A model generated the notes under the pieces. That model was not told the DNA's origin, did not search any database, and was given only the letters and a program-made list of their open reading frames with translations. A DNA stretch of 63,827 bases, the filler included, from Reclinomonas americana ATCC 50394 (taxonomy: Eukaryota), in assembly GCA_048213135.1 (NCBI GenBank). It is 16 parts of 16 records of this genome, joined end to end, with 100 filler letters (N's around TTAATTAATTAA, not from the genome) between each part and the next. Parts side by side here need not be neighbours in the genome. Positions count along the whole stretch, not along the records: positions 48,344 to 56,357 come from AFZH01017426.1; positions 56,458 to 58,141 come from AFZH01017427.1; positions 58,242 to 61,334 come from AFZH01017428.1; positions 61,435 to 62,534 come from AFZH01017433.1; positions 62,635 to 63,827 come from AFZH01017448.1; 11 more parts are not named here. One strand, 5' to 3'. The position numbers and the translations under genes were made by a program. Below, in pieces: positions 53,007 to 63,827 of this stretch (positions within the stretch are counted from its first letter, which is position 1; every line of letters starts with the position of its first letter).

Positions 53007-56000
53007 CTCAGCGGGTACATGCGTGTGCTCAGAAGACAACAAAGAAGCATTTCTCGTCGACGATAGGTCTCCCTCCCTCTTTCATCATTGTGTGTGCCTA
53101 CAATGGAGCATTTCTTGTTGATGAGACGTTTGTTTCTCTGCGACAGTCTCTGATACTTGCGTGCGCCATCAGGTGGCAACGTAGGCCTGCTGCATGCAGT
53201 GCCAGTCTCTTTTTTATCATTCTCCCTCCCCTCTCTGTGAACGTGTGTGGTTGTCAGCTTGCTATCCTGAAACTCAGCGATTTTCAAGCTTGTCGCGCGC
53301 TCTCTTTCTCACTCCTCGTGCATCCGCTTGAGGCGACAGATTGTGCTCCTTCTACGTCGATGAGACTCTCTCTCTCTCTCTCTCTGTGCCTGCGGTTACG
53401 AGTGTGACAGGTGACAACAAAACACATCGTCGACTGGACTGCATCTCCGTGTCAGTTTTTGTGACCGTCTCCCTCCCCGTGTGTGCGTATGTGCCCTCAC
53501 GTGAAAACAACGTCTTCTAACCTATCAAAATGACGTTTCTCCCTCCTCTCGACAGGGTGACTTTGTCAACCCCAACACTATTACTTCTCCCTTTAAATTC
53601 GCTGATTGGCTGCTTCTTCTCATTCACCTTCTCCCCCCTCTCTTTCCATTCTCCACCTCCTCCTCCTGTTACAAACCTCGAATTCATCGACCCTAATACC
53701 TGCTTGAACTGCCCCTCATGAATTCCCACACCATCCGCACTCATCGCGACAAACTCCTCCCGCAATCGCCGCAGTTCAGCCGCCGTGACTGCTCACAACC
53801 ACATAGTTGTGAGCACCTTCGCAAGAAAAGACAACTCGCTCAAATTCGCAACATCCAGTACTCCGCTCCAACTCCACCACCTCCCGCATCGACAACATGC
53901 GCTGTGCACTCTGCCGCAGCGCCTCCAAGTGCTGCTCGCGCAGCTGCTGGATGAGATTCCACTCCACATTGTTCATGCGCACAATCTCTCGCGCCAGGCC
54001 ATCGGCGTCGCGCACTCGCACACAGGCGATCTTGATGGCCGGTCCGAGTTCCTGCAGGTTCCTCAGCTTCAGCAGGTCGGCTTGGTGGCGGGCGAGAAGT
54101 GCCAGCGAGCACCTGCGAAGAGGAGAAGGTAAGAGGGGAAAGGAGATGTAAATCGGAAGGTGGCGATGCAACTTGAAAATGATTCGTGAGCCGTGCAGGA
54201 ACAGCAAGTCCTGTGATGCCTAATAAGCACAGGCTTCGAAGCAAGTGAGCAACTGCACGAATTACCCATATTCTCGCCGTCGTCTCGGCGGGCAGCGACG
54301 TGCAAAAGAGGGTGATGAACCAGGGCATGGAGAAAATCGGCATCTGCACGTTGTGGTGCGTCAAGTGGCGATGCAGTTCTGGGTGGAAGCGGGCCAGAAG
54401 GTCGTCCAGGACGGCCAGGTCGACCTGCAGAGGGGGAAGGGGTAAATAGGGAAAGGGAGAAAGGGAGAGGGCGAGGGAGAAGTGACAAGAGAAGGGCGAG
54501 GGCACGAGACGAGATGGAGGCAAGGAAAAGCGCAGAAGTAAAGATGCGAGAAGAAGGATTGTGAAGGGAATCGACGGAAACAAGGAGAAACTCTATTTTC
54601 TCAGTTATCTTTCGCTTTCTTGTCTTCTCATTTCTGCTCTTCTCCTTCCTCTCACTGTTCACACTTCTGTCCGAAAAAACGGCATGTGAAACAAGAATGG
54701 CAGATGTCGGGCAGAAGGAGGAAGGATAGAGGCGATGAAGGGCAGAACACAAGGCATGTCATGCTACATGCATTGTGCGACTCCCTCTCTCTCTCATGTA
54801 TGACGCGCTACTTCTTTTGCGCGACAGCAGAGCTTGACGAGAGCAATGCGCTGCAGCAACTTGTCTCACTCACCAGTCACCATCATGCGCATCAAGTCCG
54901 CCTGAGTGCATGAGTGCAAAAGGAAGGAAAGAGCTCGCAGTGGGTGCAGAAGTGCAGCGGGGTCGGAGAGAAAGTGCGGACTTGAGAAAAGAAATGATAT
55001 GCGGACGGAAGGATGAGAAAGAGAAACGAGAGAAACGACAAGACTGAGGGCAGCTGCAAGAAAAAGAGGGGAAAGAATGCGGCGCATCGCAGCAAACAGG
55101 AGAACGAGAGAAGCAGAACAAAGGGACAGTGGAACGAGAGAAGCAGAACAAAGGGGGGACAGTGGAACGAGAGAAGCAGAACAAAGGGGGACAGTGGAAC
55201 GAGAGAAGCAGAACAAAGGGGGACAGTGGAACGAGAGAAGCAGAACAAAGGGACAGTGGAACGAGAGAAGCAGAACAAAGGGACAGCGGAACGAGAGGGC
55301 AGATGTGCCGCATCTCTCTCCCTTCTCTCTCTCCCTCCTTTCACCCTTTCCTCCCACCCTCTCCGCGATACACAACTCTCACACCCTCCATATTCTCCGT
55401 GTACGTGGTGGGAAAGTAGTCCTCCACAATCGTGCACAGCAGCCAGAACGCAATCTGCCACAACGCGCGTGAGAACCAGATTCTTCAGCACTCATCCTCC
55501 TCCAACGCACCTCTGGGTGCTCCCTAATATGCAGCAACAGAAACGCCGCAATAAACGTCAGACCCTGCGTGTAACCCCGATCCTCATTGCGGTACAGAAA
55601 CGCCTGCACAAAAAGTCAGACGTCGAATCTCTTCTTCAACCCCCACCCCTTTCCCCCACTCCCACGCACATGCAACACCCGCTGCAGGGACCGCCTGCCC
55701 GGCGAGCCCTCCGCAAAGTACGGGTGCTCTGTGAAGGAGCGCGGCACGTCGAGAAAGATCGTGTTCAAGTCGCGGTGCGTGGTGGTCGCGCTCGACGAGT
55801 CCAACAGGGCGTTCCACTGGCGCTCGGTGTAGTCGAGGTACTCGTCGAAGGGCGCGGCGAGTTCCTCGAAGGAGAAGGCGCTTTGCGAGGCTTTGCGGTG
55901 GGCGGGGGAGATGTAGAACCACACCTAAGAAGGGGGGCAAAGGGAAAGGGTGAGAGGGGGGAGAACGGGAAAGGGTGAGGGAAAGGGGGGAGGGGGAAGA

Positions 56001-56986
56001 ATGAGACCGGCTGTGAATGAATGAATGCGCGCATGGCTTGAGCCGCAATGCTAAGAGAGACGGGCAGATAGAATACCGTGCTGGAAATAGGACGAAACAC
56101 GGCACGAGAGGAGACAAGCGCCATTTGGAGAGGTGCACCTACCATTGCGCGCATCGCATGCGGTACGCCAGCAGCAACCAGGTTCGCCAGCGGTCCGTCG
56201 CGTCGCTCCTTGGCCAGCACAGAGGCGTCGTATGCATTCGGTAGGTCACCGCCAGCGGTGGCGGAAGAAGGTGAGGAGTCGCCGTTGAGGCGTCCTGATG
56301 AGGGGAAGAGAGGGAGAGGAAGGGAGGGAGAGAGAGAGAGAGAGAGAGAGGAGGGGANNNNNNNNNNNNNNNNNNNNNNNNNNNNNNNNNNNNNNNNNNN
56401 NTTAATTAATTAANNNNNNNNNNNNNNNNNNNNNNNNNNNNNNNNNNNNNNNNNNNNTCTTAGTGCATGTCTCTTTCACTCAGTTGTCTCAGCTTTCCCG
56501 ATCTTTCAGAGAGAGCAAGTAGCAGGGAGTGTGAGTGAGTGTGTTCCTCTCTCTCTCACTCTCTCTCTCTTTTCAATTCCCGCCACAATCACGCTGCGAT
56601 ACAAACTCAGTTGTCTCTTGCAGTCTCTCTCACTCATTCACACGCTGACACTCACACTCTCTCATACACACTCTCGCTCCTTCTCTCTTTCTCTCTCTCT
56701 CTCTCACACACACCACACACAGATTACTATACGTGCATTTTCCCAGTTGTGCCCAAACTGTTTGCCCTCATCCCCTTTATTGTGTCTCTCTAATCCCCCT
56801 CTATCTGTCAGCCGTCTCCTCTCCTCCTCCTCCTCCTCCTCCTCCTCTCTCTCTCACTCCCTCCCTCTCTCTCACACACACACATACTCAACTCAAATAC
56901 GTATTCCACGTCGCCGTTGTATCCACCGGCGGCCGATACGTCGGCGAATCCTCCTCATCCACAGAAAAGCCCAGTGTGTCAATCAT
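50160..56986 (-). CDS. TBC (Rab-GAP) domain protein with C-terminal EF-hands and CaaX-like end
   Basis: First exon MIDTLGF...WNTYL, then GVPHAMRAM|VW, IFLDVPRS (IxxDxxR), GYTQG (YxQ) and PWFITLF. EF-hand loops DQNRDGVLTFRE, DRDKSGFIDKAE and DINNDGKI|SYDE. Ends RCCVVL*. Confidence 0.88.
55101..55297. repeat. Intronic 30-33-bp minisatellite, about 6 copies (gaacgagagaagcagaacaaaggg..acagtg)
   Basis: Direct inspection; units differ mainly in G-run length. Confidence 0.9.
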
Positions 56987-57842
56987 TGCCCTCTCAAACA
57001 CACAAAAGAAAAGAAATATGGACGTCGCAGAAACAGTCATGCAGGACAAAGATCCATAGAGAGACAGCGAGACGCGCAGGGAGACTGGGTGAGGGAGGAA
57101 TAGAGAGATATGCTCGTTACACAGGTAGCCTCAAGGTGGCGCGTTTATCCGCACAGGAGAGCGAGAGAACGACGTCGTTTCAGACTGTCGTGCAGGACAT
57201 CATCATACAGCAAGAAAGAGTGAGACGTGGAGGCCACTAGCGAGAGGAAAAGAGAGAGACATGCTCGTTACACGAGTGATCTCAATGGCAGCTCGTTTCT
57301 CAACACAGGAGAGTGGGAAACGTCACAGAAACTGGCATGTATGACACTTTTCGCAGAGCAACGAAGAGAGCGACAGAGGCCGATTGTGAGATGCAAAGAG
57401 AATGACATGCGCGTTGCGCAGATGATATCTAAGGCTGCGCGTTTTCTCCGCGAAGGAGATCGAGAAAACGTCGCGGAAAGTTCTTGCAGGACATCGAACA
57501 CAGTGCCACAGAGAGACAGGATGGCTGGTTGCGAGATGCGAAAAGAAAGATTAACATGCCACGCAGTGGTTTCCTAAGGCTGCACTCCGCACAGGGGAGC
57601 AAGCTCGAGAAAAACTTCGCGGAATGTTTCTTGCAGGACATCGAACAGCAACGATTGGGGAACTGTGAAAGGCTCAGAGAGAGAAAGGGAAGAGAGACAC
57701 ACTTGTCACGTAGCTTATCTCTACGGCAGCGAGCTTCCTGCACGCACGAGAACGCGGAGCGTCGTGGAAATGTCACAGGACATCTGACAAAAACCAACCC
57801 CGGTCGATCACGAGAGACACACACTCACACTTGCCTGCAACA

Positions 57843-60800
57843 ATGAACACACAGATGTTCTCCGAGTCTGTGCGTTTGAGGACGTTCAACAAGTTGAGCG
57901 GACAGTGTTGTTGTCCGACGTTCTTCTCTCACGCTCTCTCACTCTCACTCTTTCTCTGTGTGTCTCTTTGTAAGAAACGCGCGATGGCCTTATCCTGAGT
58001 ATCGGCTTGCCACGCCGGAGACACTGGCTGCTGCGGGGTTTTACTTTGCGCCGAGTGCGTCGTACCCCGATCGAGTGGTTGTTGCGTTGCAGGGAGGGAG
58101 GGAGAGAGAGAGAGGAGGGAGAGAGAGAGAGAGAGAGGAGGNNNNNNNNNNNNNNNNNNNNNNNNNNNNNNNNNNNNNNNNNNNNTTAATTAATTAANNN
58201 NNNNNNNNNNNNNNNNNNNNNNNNNNNNNNNNNNNNNNNNNGAGAGAGAGAGGAGGAGAGAGAGAGAGAGAGAGGAGGGAAGGGAGAGTGAGGGGAAAGA
58301 GAGGAATGCATGTGCGATGCATTCCGCGATCGTGTTCGATATTTTGCTTTGAGTTCCATGCTTTCCCTCTCACTCATCGAGAGTGCAATGTGTCTGTGTG
58401 TCTGTCTCCATTACTCCTGCTTACTCACTCCTCTCTCGCTTCTTAGTTCTCTGTCAGTATGCATGTATTTCCTAGGCTGTCTTGTTGTCTCGCACCTTTC
58501 TCTCTGCGAGAGTGCAGTCTGTGTTTGCGTGTCTCGCGAGCTCTCTATCTCCTCCACTCCTGCTATCTCTCATGCTCTCTGTCGCTGCTTTCTGTTCTCT
58601 GTCGGTCTGCGTGCATTTCCACTGCTGTCTGTCTGTCTCTCTCCTCTCTTTCTCTCGCTCAGTCTGCGAGTGCAGTCTGTGTGTCTCCCTGTGTCCTCTG
58701 TCTCCTCCACTCTTGCGTACTCCTGCTACTTTCTGTTTTCTGTCAGTCTACATGCATATCCTCTGCTGTCTGCGTGTCACTCTCCTCTCTCTTAATTCTC
58801 AGCGAGTGTGCAGTCTGTGTTCGCAGTCACTGCCACCGCGACCCCCCTCCTCTCTCTCTCCGCTTTCACTCTCTTACCTCGCCTTCTGAGTTTCTTCAGT
58901 TGTTCCTCACTCATGCACAATTTAGTCCGCTCTCCTGCTGCCTTGCTTGCACACCTCCTGCAGCTCATCTTCTTTCCTTTCCCACACCACAGTGCTTCTC
59001 ATGCGAAGTAAGTCTGGTCAACTGGGAACCGCAAGACGAGCCACTGTTGCGCCGCCTTTATCCTTGCCTCCCCACTCCCTCTCCATTCACCAGCACCTCG
59101 CAGATCCGAGCACTTCAAGCACAAGCCCGATTGTCGCTTCATCAACGGCCTGGACCCCACAAATGTGCCATTGGCGGCGGAGGCCGGCGGGAGTGCCGCT
59201 CCACCAGCTTCGCCAGCGCCTCCGTCGCCGGCACCTCTGGCGGCCAGTGGGTCGTTTTCAGAGCAGGTGGAGGCGCCGGCACCAGCGGTGCAACTGCCAG
59301 TGGCGGCGGAGGAGGCGGGGGAGAGGTGAGCGGGAAGGGGAGAAAGGGAGAGAAAGAGAGGCATGTGGTTGACTGGATACGTTTGCGTGCACAGTGTGGA
59401 AGAGCTGCGACCATCGCGAGAGGCAAGCAAGTCGGCGCCGCCGGTGGAGACGGACAGGTGAGAATGGGAGAGAGGAAGTGGCACTTCATCCTGTCTCTTG
59501 CTGTCTTTCTGCACGCATCTGTTCCACTCTGTGAGCGAAGAAGAAGAAGTCCTCATCGAATATCTTCGTCCCCTCCTTCCGCCACTCGCCGTCACTCTCG
59601 CACGCTTACTTATTCACTCCCGTTCACATTTCACAGAAAGAAATTCAGTTTCCCTTCCTCCATCCTTTTCACCGTCCACATCCTCTCTTTCTCTCTCTCA
59701 CTCATTCACTGCCCTTAACATTTCAAGGAAGAAGAAGAAGACAAGAAAGAAAAGGAAGGACAAGAAAAACCTCAATTCCCCTCCCTCCATCCTTTTCTCC
59801 ACCTCAATTCCTTTCTCTCTCGCTCTCTCTCGCTCACATTTCAAAGAAGAAGACAAGAAAGAAACTCCATCCCCCAACTCCATCCTTGTTTCTGTCTACA
59901 TTCCTCTTGTTCTCTCTCTCTCTCTCTCTCTCACTCGCTCACTCCCTTTCACATTTCAAAGAAGAAGAAGACAAGAAAGAAAAGGAGGACAAGAAAGAAC
60001 CTCAATCCCCTCCCTCCATCCTTTTCTCCACCTCAATTCCTTTCTCTCTCTCTCTCTCACACACACTCTCTCTCTCTCACTCGTTCACTCCACTTCGCAT
60101 TTAACCAAGACAAGAAAGAAACTGAATTCCTCTCTCTTTCTCTATCCTCCTCCACATTCCTTTCCTTCTGTCTCTCTCTCTCACTGACTCATCCACTCCC
60201 GTTCACATTTAAAAGAAGAAAACAAGAAAGAAACTCCACCTCCTCCCTCCATCCTTTTAACCGTCCACATTCCTCTCGTTCTCTCTCTCATTCCTTTCGC
60301 TCTCACTCTCTCACTGACTCATTCACTCCCCTTCACAATTCAAAGAAGGAAAAAGACAAGAAAGAAACTCCACCCCCCTCGCTCCATCCTTTTCTCCACC
60401 CGTATTCCTTTCTCTCTCCCTCTCTCTCTCTCTCTCACTCTCTTTATATTCAAAGAAGGAAAAAACAAAAAAGAAACTCAACTCTCGTCCCTCCATTCCC
60501 TTTCACCTACCACATTCCTTTCTACTCTCTCTCTCTCTCTCACACACACCCTCACTCCACTTCTCATTTCAAAGAAGAAGACAAGAAAGAAAATCCATTC
60601 CCCTCCCTCCGTCCTTCTCACCACCCACCTTCCTTTCTTTCTCTCACTCTTCCCCTTCCCCTTATTCCCCCATTCCCTTCCCCTTATTTCCCCCTTCCCC
60701 TGACCCCCATTCCCCCTTCCCCTTTATTTCCCTTATTCCCCCTTTGCCTCTCTGCAGAGCCCCCGCCTGGGAACTCGCCCAACTCAACGACCTCCCCACC

Positions 60801-61334
60801 CTCCGCCAACTCACCTCCTCCGCCCGCACCCTCCTCCAACCCGAGGAGATGGACGCCAGCGGCGGCTCGGCCTTTTACTACGCCGCCGCCTCCGGTCACG
60901 TGCCCATCCTCGAGTTGCTGTGGCACACCGAGTGCGGCACGGAGCTGGCGCAGCACGTGACCTACAACGGGTGGACGCCGCTAATGGGCGCCGCCGGCAA
61001 CGGACAGGTGGAGGCCGTGCGCTGGCTGCTGGCCGACCCGCGTCGCTGCTCGCCCGAGGCGGCGCGCATGATTGACGAGGAGGGGTGGACGGCGCTGCAC
61101 AATGCCGTGTTCTGGAACCAGCAGGAGGTGGCCGTGCTGCTGGCCACCGCCATTCCCGACCTGCTGGCGGTGCGCGGGCGCGACGGCAAGACGGCGGTGG
61201 AGATGGCGCGACAGCGCGGATTGGCGGCCATGGTGGAGGCCCTGGAGCGGGTGGTGGTGGTGGCGGAGCCGACGGTGGAGGACTTGACGCGGCAGGTGAG
61301 GGAGCGTGACGCGCTGGTGGCCGAGTTGAGGAGA
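57843..61334 (+). CDS. BIR-domain (IAP-like) protein fused to ankyrin repeats; 3' end lost in gap
   Basis: Spliced SESVRLRTF..WP..TPETLAAAGFYF..DRVV|CFSCEVSLVNWEPQDEPL|SEHFKHKPDCRFI is a BIR with C-x2-C-x16-H-x6-C. A Pro/Ala linker follows, then a phase-compatible exon from 60758 with GGSAFYYAAASGH, GWTPLMGAAGNGQ, GWTALHNAV and GKTAVEMA, then a coiled-coil-like stretch. Confidence 0.85.
59620..60630. repeat. Intronic degenerate tandem repeat (~110-140 bp units containing cacatttcaaagaagaagacaagaaagaaa)
   Basis: The motif recurs about eight times in the long BIR-ankyrin intron. Confidence 0.75.
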
Positions 61335-61434
61335 NNNNNNNNNNNNNNNNNNNNNNNNNNNNNNNNNNNNNNNNNNNNTTAATTAATTAANNNNNNNNNN
61401 NNNNNNNNNNNNNNNNNNNNNNNNNNNNNNNNNN

Positions 61435-61694
61435 AGCCCCGCCACCAACGTGACGTATGCGCGGCAAGTCTCCGTCAGTGCGTGGGAGGGGGAAGGGATT
61501 TGAGGGAGAGGGTTGTGGAGTGTTGATTTGGTGAAATGCAGCGCTGTCGTGCACGGGGACGCCGGCTGGCGGGTCGCCTGTGATTCGGTACACGACGGAT
61601 GGCACGGCGCCGACGGTGCTGTCGACGCAGTATTCGGTGGCGTTGGTGCTGCAGAGCACCACGCCGGCGTTGAGGACGGTGCAAGTGCGCGCGC
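61435..61694 (-). CDS. Probable coding exon fragment of an unknown gene
   Basis: GC-rich, codon-like segment after a polypyrimidine/CAG acceptor (ARTCTVLNAGVVLCSTNATEYCVDSTVG...). No motif recognised. Confidence 0.35.
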
Positions 61695-62634
61695 TGTGTC
61701 AGGCGGTGAGTGGGGGAAGGGCGGAGGAGGGATGAGAAGGGAAGCGAGAGTGGAGGAGGACTTAGAAGGCAATGAGTGCAGCGCACTCAAGCGTGTGAGT
61801 GAGAGAGACCTGAGATCAATCGAAGAGAAACGGTGACGCACTTTGAGAGAGAGAGAGAGAGAGAAAAGTGAGAGTAGAGAGAGAAAAGAGAGAGAAAGAT
61901 AGAAAAAAGAGAGAGAAAGAGAGAGAAACGAGAGAGAAGAGAGAGAAGAGAGAGAAGAGAGAGAAGAGATAAAAGAGAGTGAGAGACAAAGAGAAATTGA
62001 GAGACAAAATGTTGACAGCATTACATTGGCGTTTCGCGAGGAGAGAGCGTGCGCAGTGAGTTACAGGAAATGCTAGCTATCGTGGAATGCGTGAAATTGT
62101 GAAAGCTTGATGTATGATATCTCGGCTCCAGATTTCTTTGTCAGCGATGCCTCATTTCTGTGCGTTTTTGTGCATCTTCAGTTGTCCTGGTGGTCAGTCT
62201 TTCTTTTCCCAGTGCACTGTTGTTCTCGTCTCTTGCTTTCTCTTCTCATCTCTCCACATCACGTGCAGCAGCTTGTTTCGTTTCACTGGTTGTCTTGTGG
62301 ACCTCTTCTCTTCTGCGTTCCCACTGACTCTGTCGATCTGATCACTCATTTCCTGTTCACCATTCTTGGAGTTTTATTATTCGTTGCTCCAGCATGTCGG
62401 ATCAGTCTCCAAGACTGCTGTCTCCTCTCCACAGTCACGCTTTCTCCTGCTTTTTTTATCTTTACTCTTCCCCTTCTCTCTCTTCCCCTCTTTCCCTTCC
62501 CCTCTCCTCCCTTCCCCTCCCCCCAGGTCGGCTANNNNNNNNNNNNNNNNNNNNNNNNNNNNNNNNNNNNNNNNNNNNTTAATTAATTAANNNNNNNNNN
62601 NNNNNNNNNNNNNNNNNNNNNNNNNNNNNNNNNN

Positions 62635-63827
62635 TGCCGTCACAAAGGCACGCAGACACTCGCCCAGAGCGCTCTCCGCCTGCAGCATTTGGCATGGAGA
62701 GAGAGAGAGAGTCGGAATGACAGCATCATGAAAAACAACATGCATGTTCCTCACACACACCTTCACATGCTCCCTCGCATCACCCACATGACCGCGCATC
62801 TCCACTGACACGGCCGATCCCTTCCATCGACGAGTCGCCTGCAACTCGGTCACCAGCAGCTCGGCCAGGAACGACTTGCCAGTGCCACCATCGCCTGTCA
62901 ACACCACAATGATTGGTTGACGTGCTGCGCAGGAATCATCCACCACCAGACAACATGATGAGACACAAGAATGTGAAGAAGGAAGGAAGGGAAAATGAGA
63001 AGGAACACCCAACCTTCCACAGCGGCCACAATGCGCGTGGCGAATGAGGCGGCCAGTGCACGTCGACTGGGGAAGCGGAATGTGGTCACTGGATTGATGG
63101 TGCGGGCGATGAGAGGCGTCTTGGATGGGCGACTGCTCTCTGGTGCTGGGTGGCACAGAGTGTGAGAGTGACGTCGACAGCAACGCGCATTTCCATTTAG
63201 GGCTCTCCTAGAACACACCTGCAGCTGACTGAGAGGAGGGTGAGATGCTCAATGTACTCAGCTGCTGTTGCATGCACTCCATCTGCTCAAAGCACTTAAA
63301 AAGTGAGAAACAGTGAGCAATCTAGAATTGACCGCCTCTTCATGAAAATCCACTCAACTGGCTCAAGGTGTGCCAGCAGCATCGTCTGGCCTGCCTGATT
63401 CAGCGCACCTGCATCCACACACAGCCAGACAGCATCAGCTTCCACGCTCAATCAAATCATCCACCATCTCTCCTCCCTCTCACCATCACGAGCCTCGTTC
63501 AGCTGCGCCACCAATTCCTCCTCCACGTCCCGCAGTCGCCGCAAAAGCTGGTGCAACTCGCCCTCTCCTCTTCCTCCACCACCGAGCAGGGGCACAAAGA
63601 GTGCACGAGCTCGGGCAGGACTCGCTTGCTCAAACACCTCCCTCATTCGCTCAATCGCATTGCGCTGTGTGACAACGAGAGAGTGAGAGAGCAGAATCAC
63701 ACACAGAGAGGGAGATCCCACTCTTCCTTCTTTCCATCTCCTTCTCATTCTCGTACACACTCACCACATCGCCAGCTGGAATCAGACGATCCGGCTTGTC
63801 TCCCGGCTGCTCTCGATGACCTGCCCG
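62635..63827 (-). CDS. NLR-like protein copy E, partial (HEPN-like type N-terminus and Walker A exons)
   Basis: Exons RAGHREQPGDKPDRLIP, RNAIERMREVFEQ..QLNEARD, PLIARTINPVTTFRFPSRR, VVLTGDGGTGKSFLAE and AESALGECLRAF. Truncated by the window end and a spacer. Confidence 0.85.

Noticed and set aside
55101..55297. 30-bp direct repeats as a possible CRISPR array
   Set aside because: Head-to-tail units with no unique spacers, inside a eukaryotic intron, and no cas genes.
57050..57800. Degenerate repeats (..caggacatc..) between the divergent TBC and BIR genes as a regulatory array
   Set aside because: Units are too divergent and irregular to define by eye; no supportable function.

Overview
Eukaryotic genomic DNA: compact and intron-rich, with short GT-AG introns and many (CT)n/(CA)n microsatellites. 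CFAP44 indicates a flagellated organism, probably a protist; the taxon cannot be fixed from sequence alone. The window is 16 contig pieces joined by 15 artificial 100-nt spacers (N44-TTAATTAATTAA-N44). Several genes continue in order across spacers, so it behaves as an ordered scaffold with gaps of unknown size. The left half holds STRAP, a SUEL-lectin-like secreted protein, an alpha/beta hydrolase, a TPR protein, a NUP42-like nucleoporin with GW instead of FG repeats, a small membrane protein, CFAP44, three tandem signal-peptide methyltransferases, an M1 aminopeptidase and RhoGDI. The main feature is in the right half: a tandem array of at least five NLR-like genes (N-terminal effector + NB-ARC-type STAND NTPase + TPR). 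Four copies (A, B, C and partial E) share an N-terminal helical domain resembling a degenerate DZIP3-type HEPN. In copy D that domain is replaced by an intact, spliced caspase-family (peptidase C14) domain, while the promoter, exon 1 and the downstream splice junction stay homologous. Copy B has an exact in-frame deletion of the P-loop, and copy C is frameshifted before its TPRs. A TBC/EF-hand/CaaX gene and a BIR-ankyrin (IAP-like) gene lie between copies D and E. All gene models were spliced by eye, and family calls come from remembered motifs rather than database searches.
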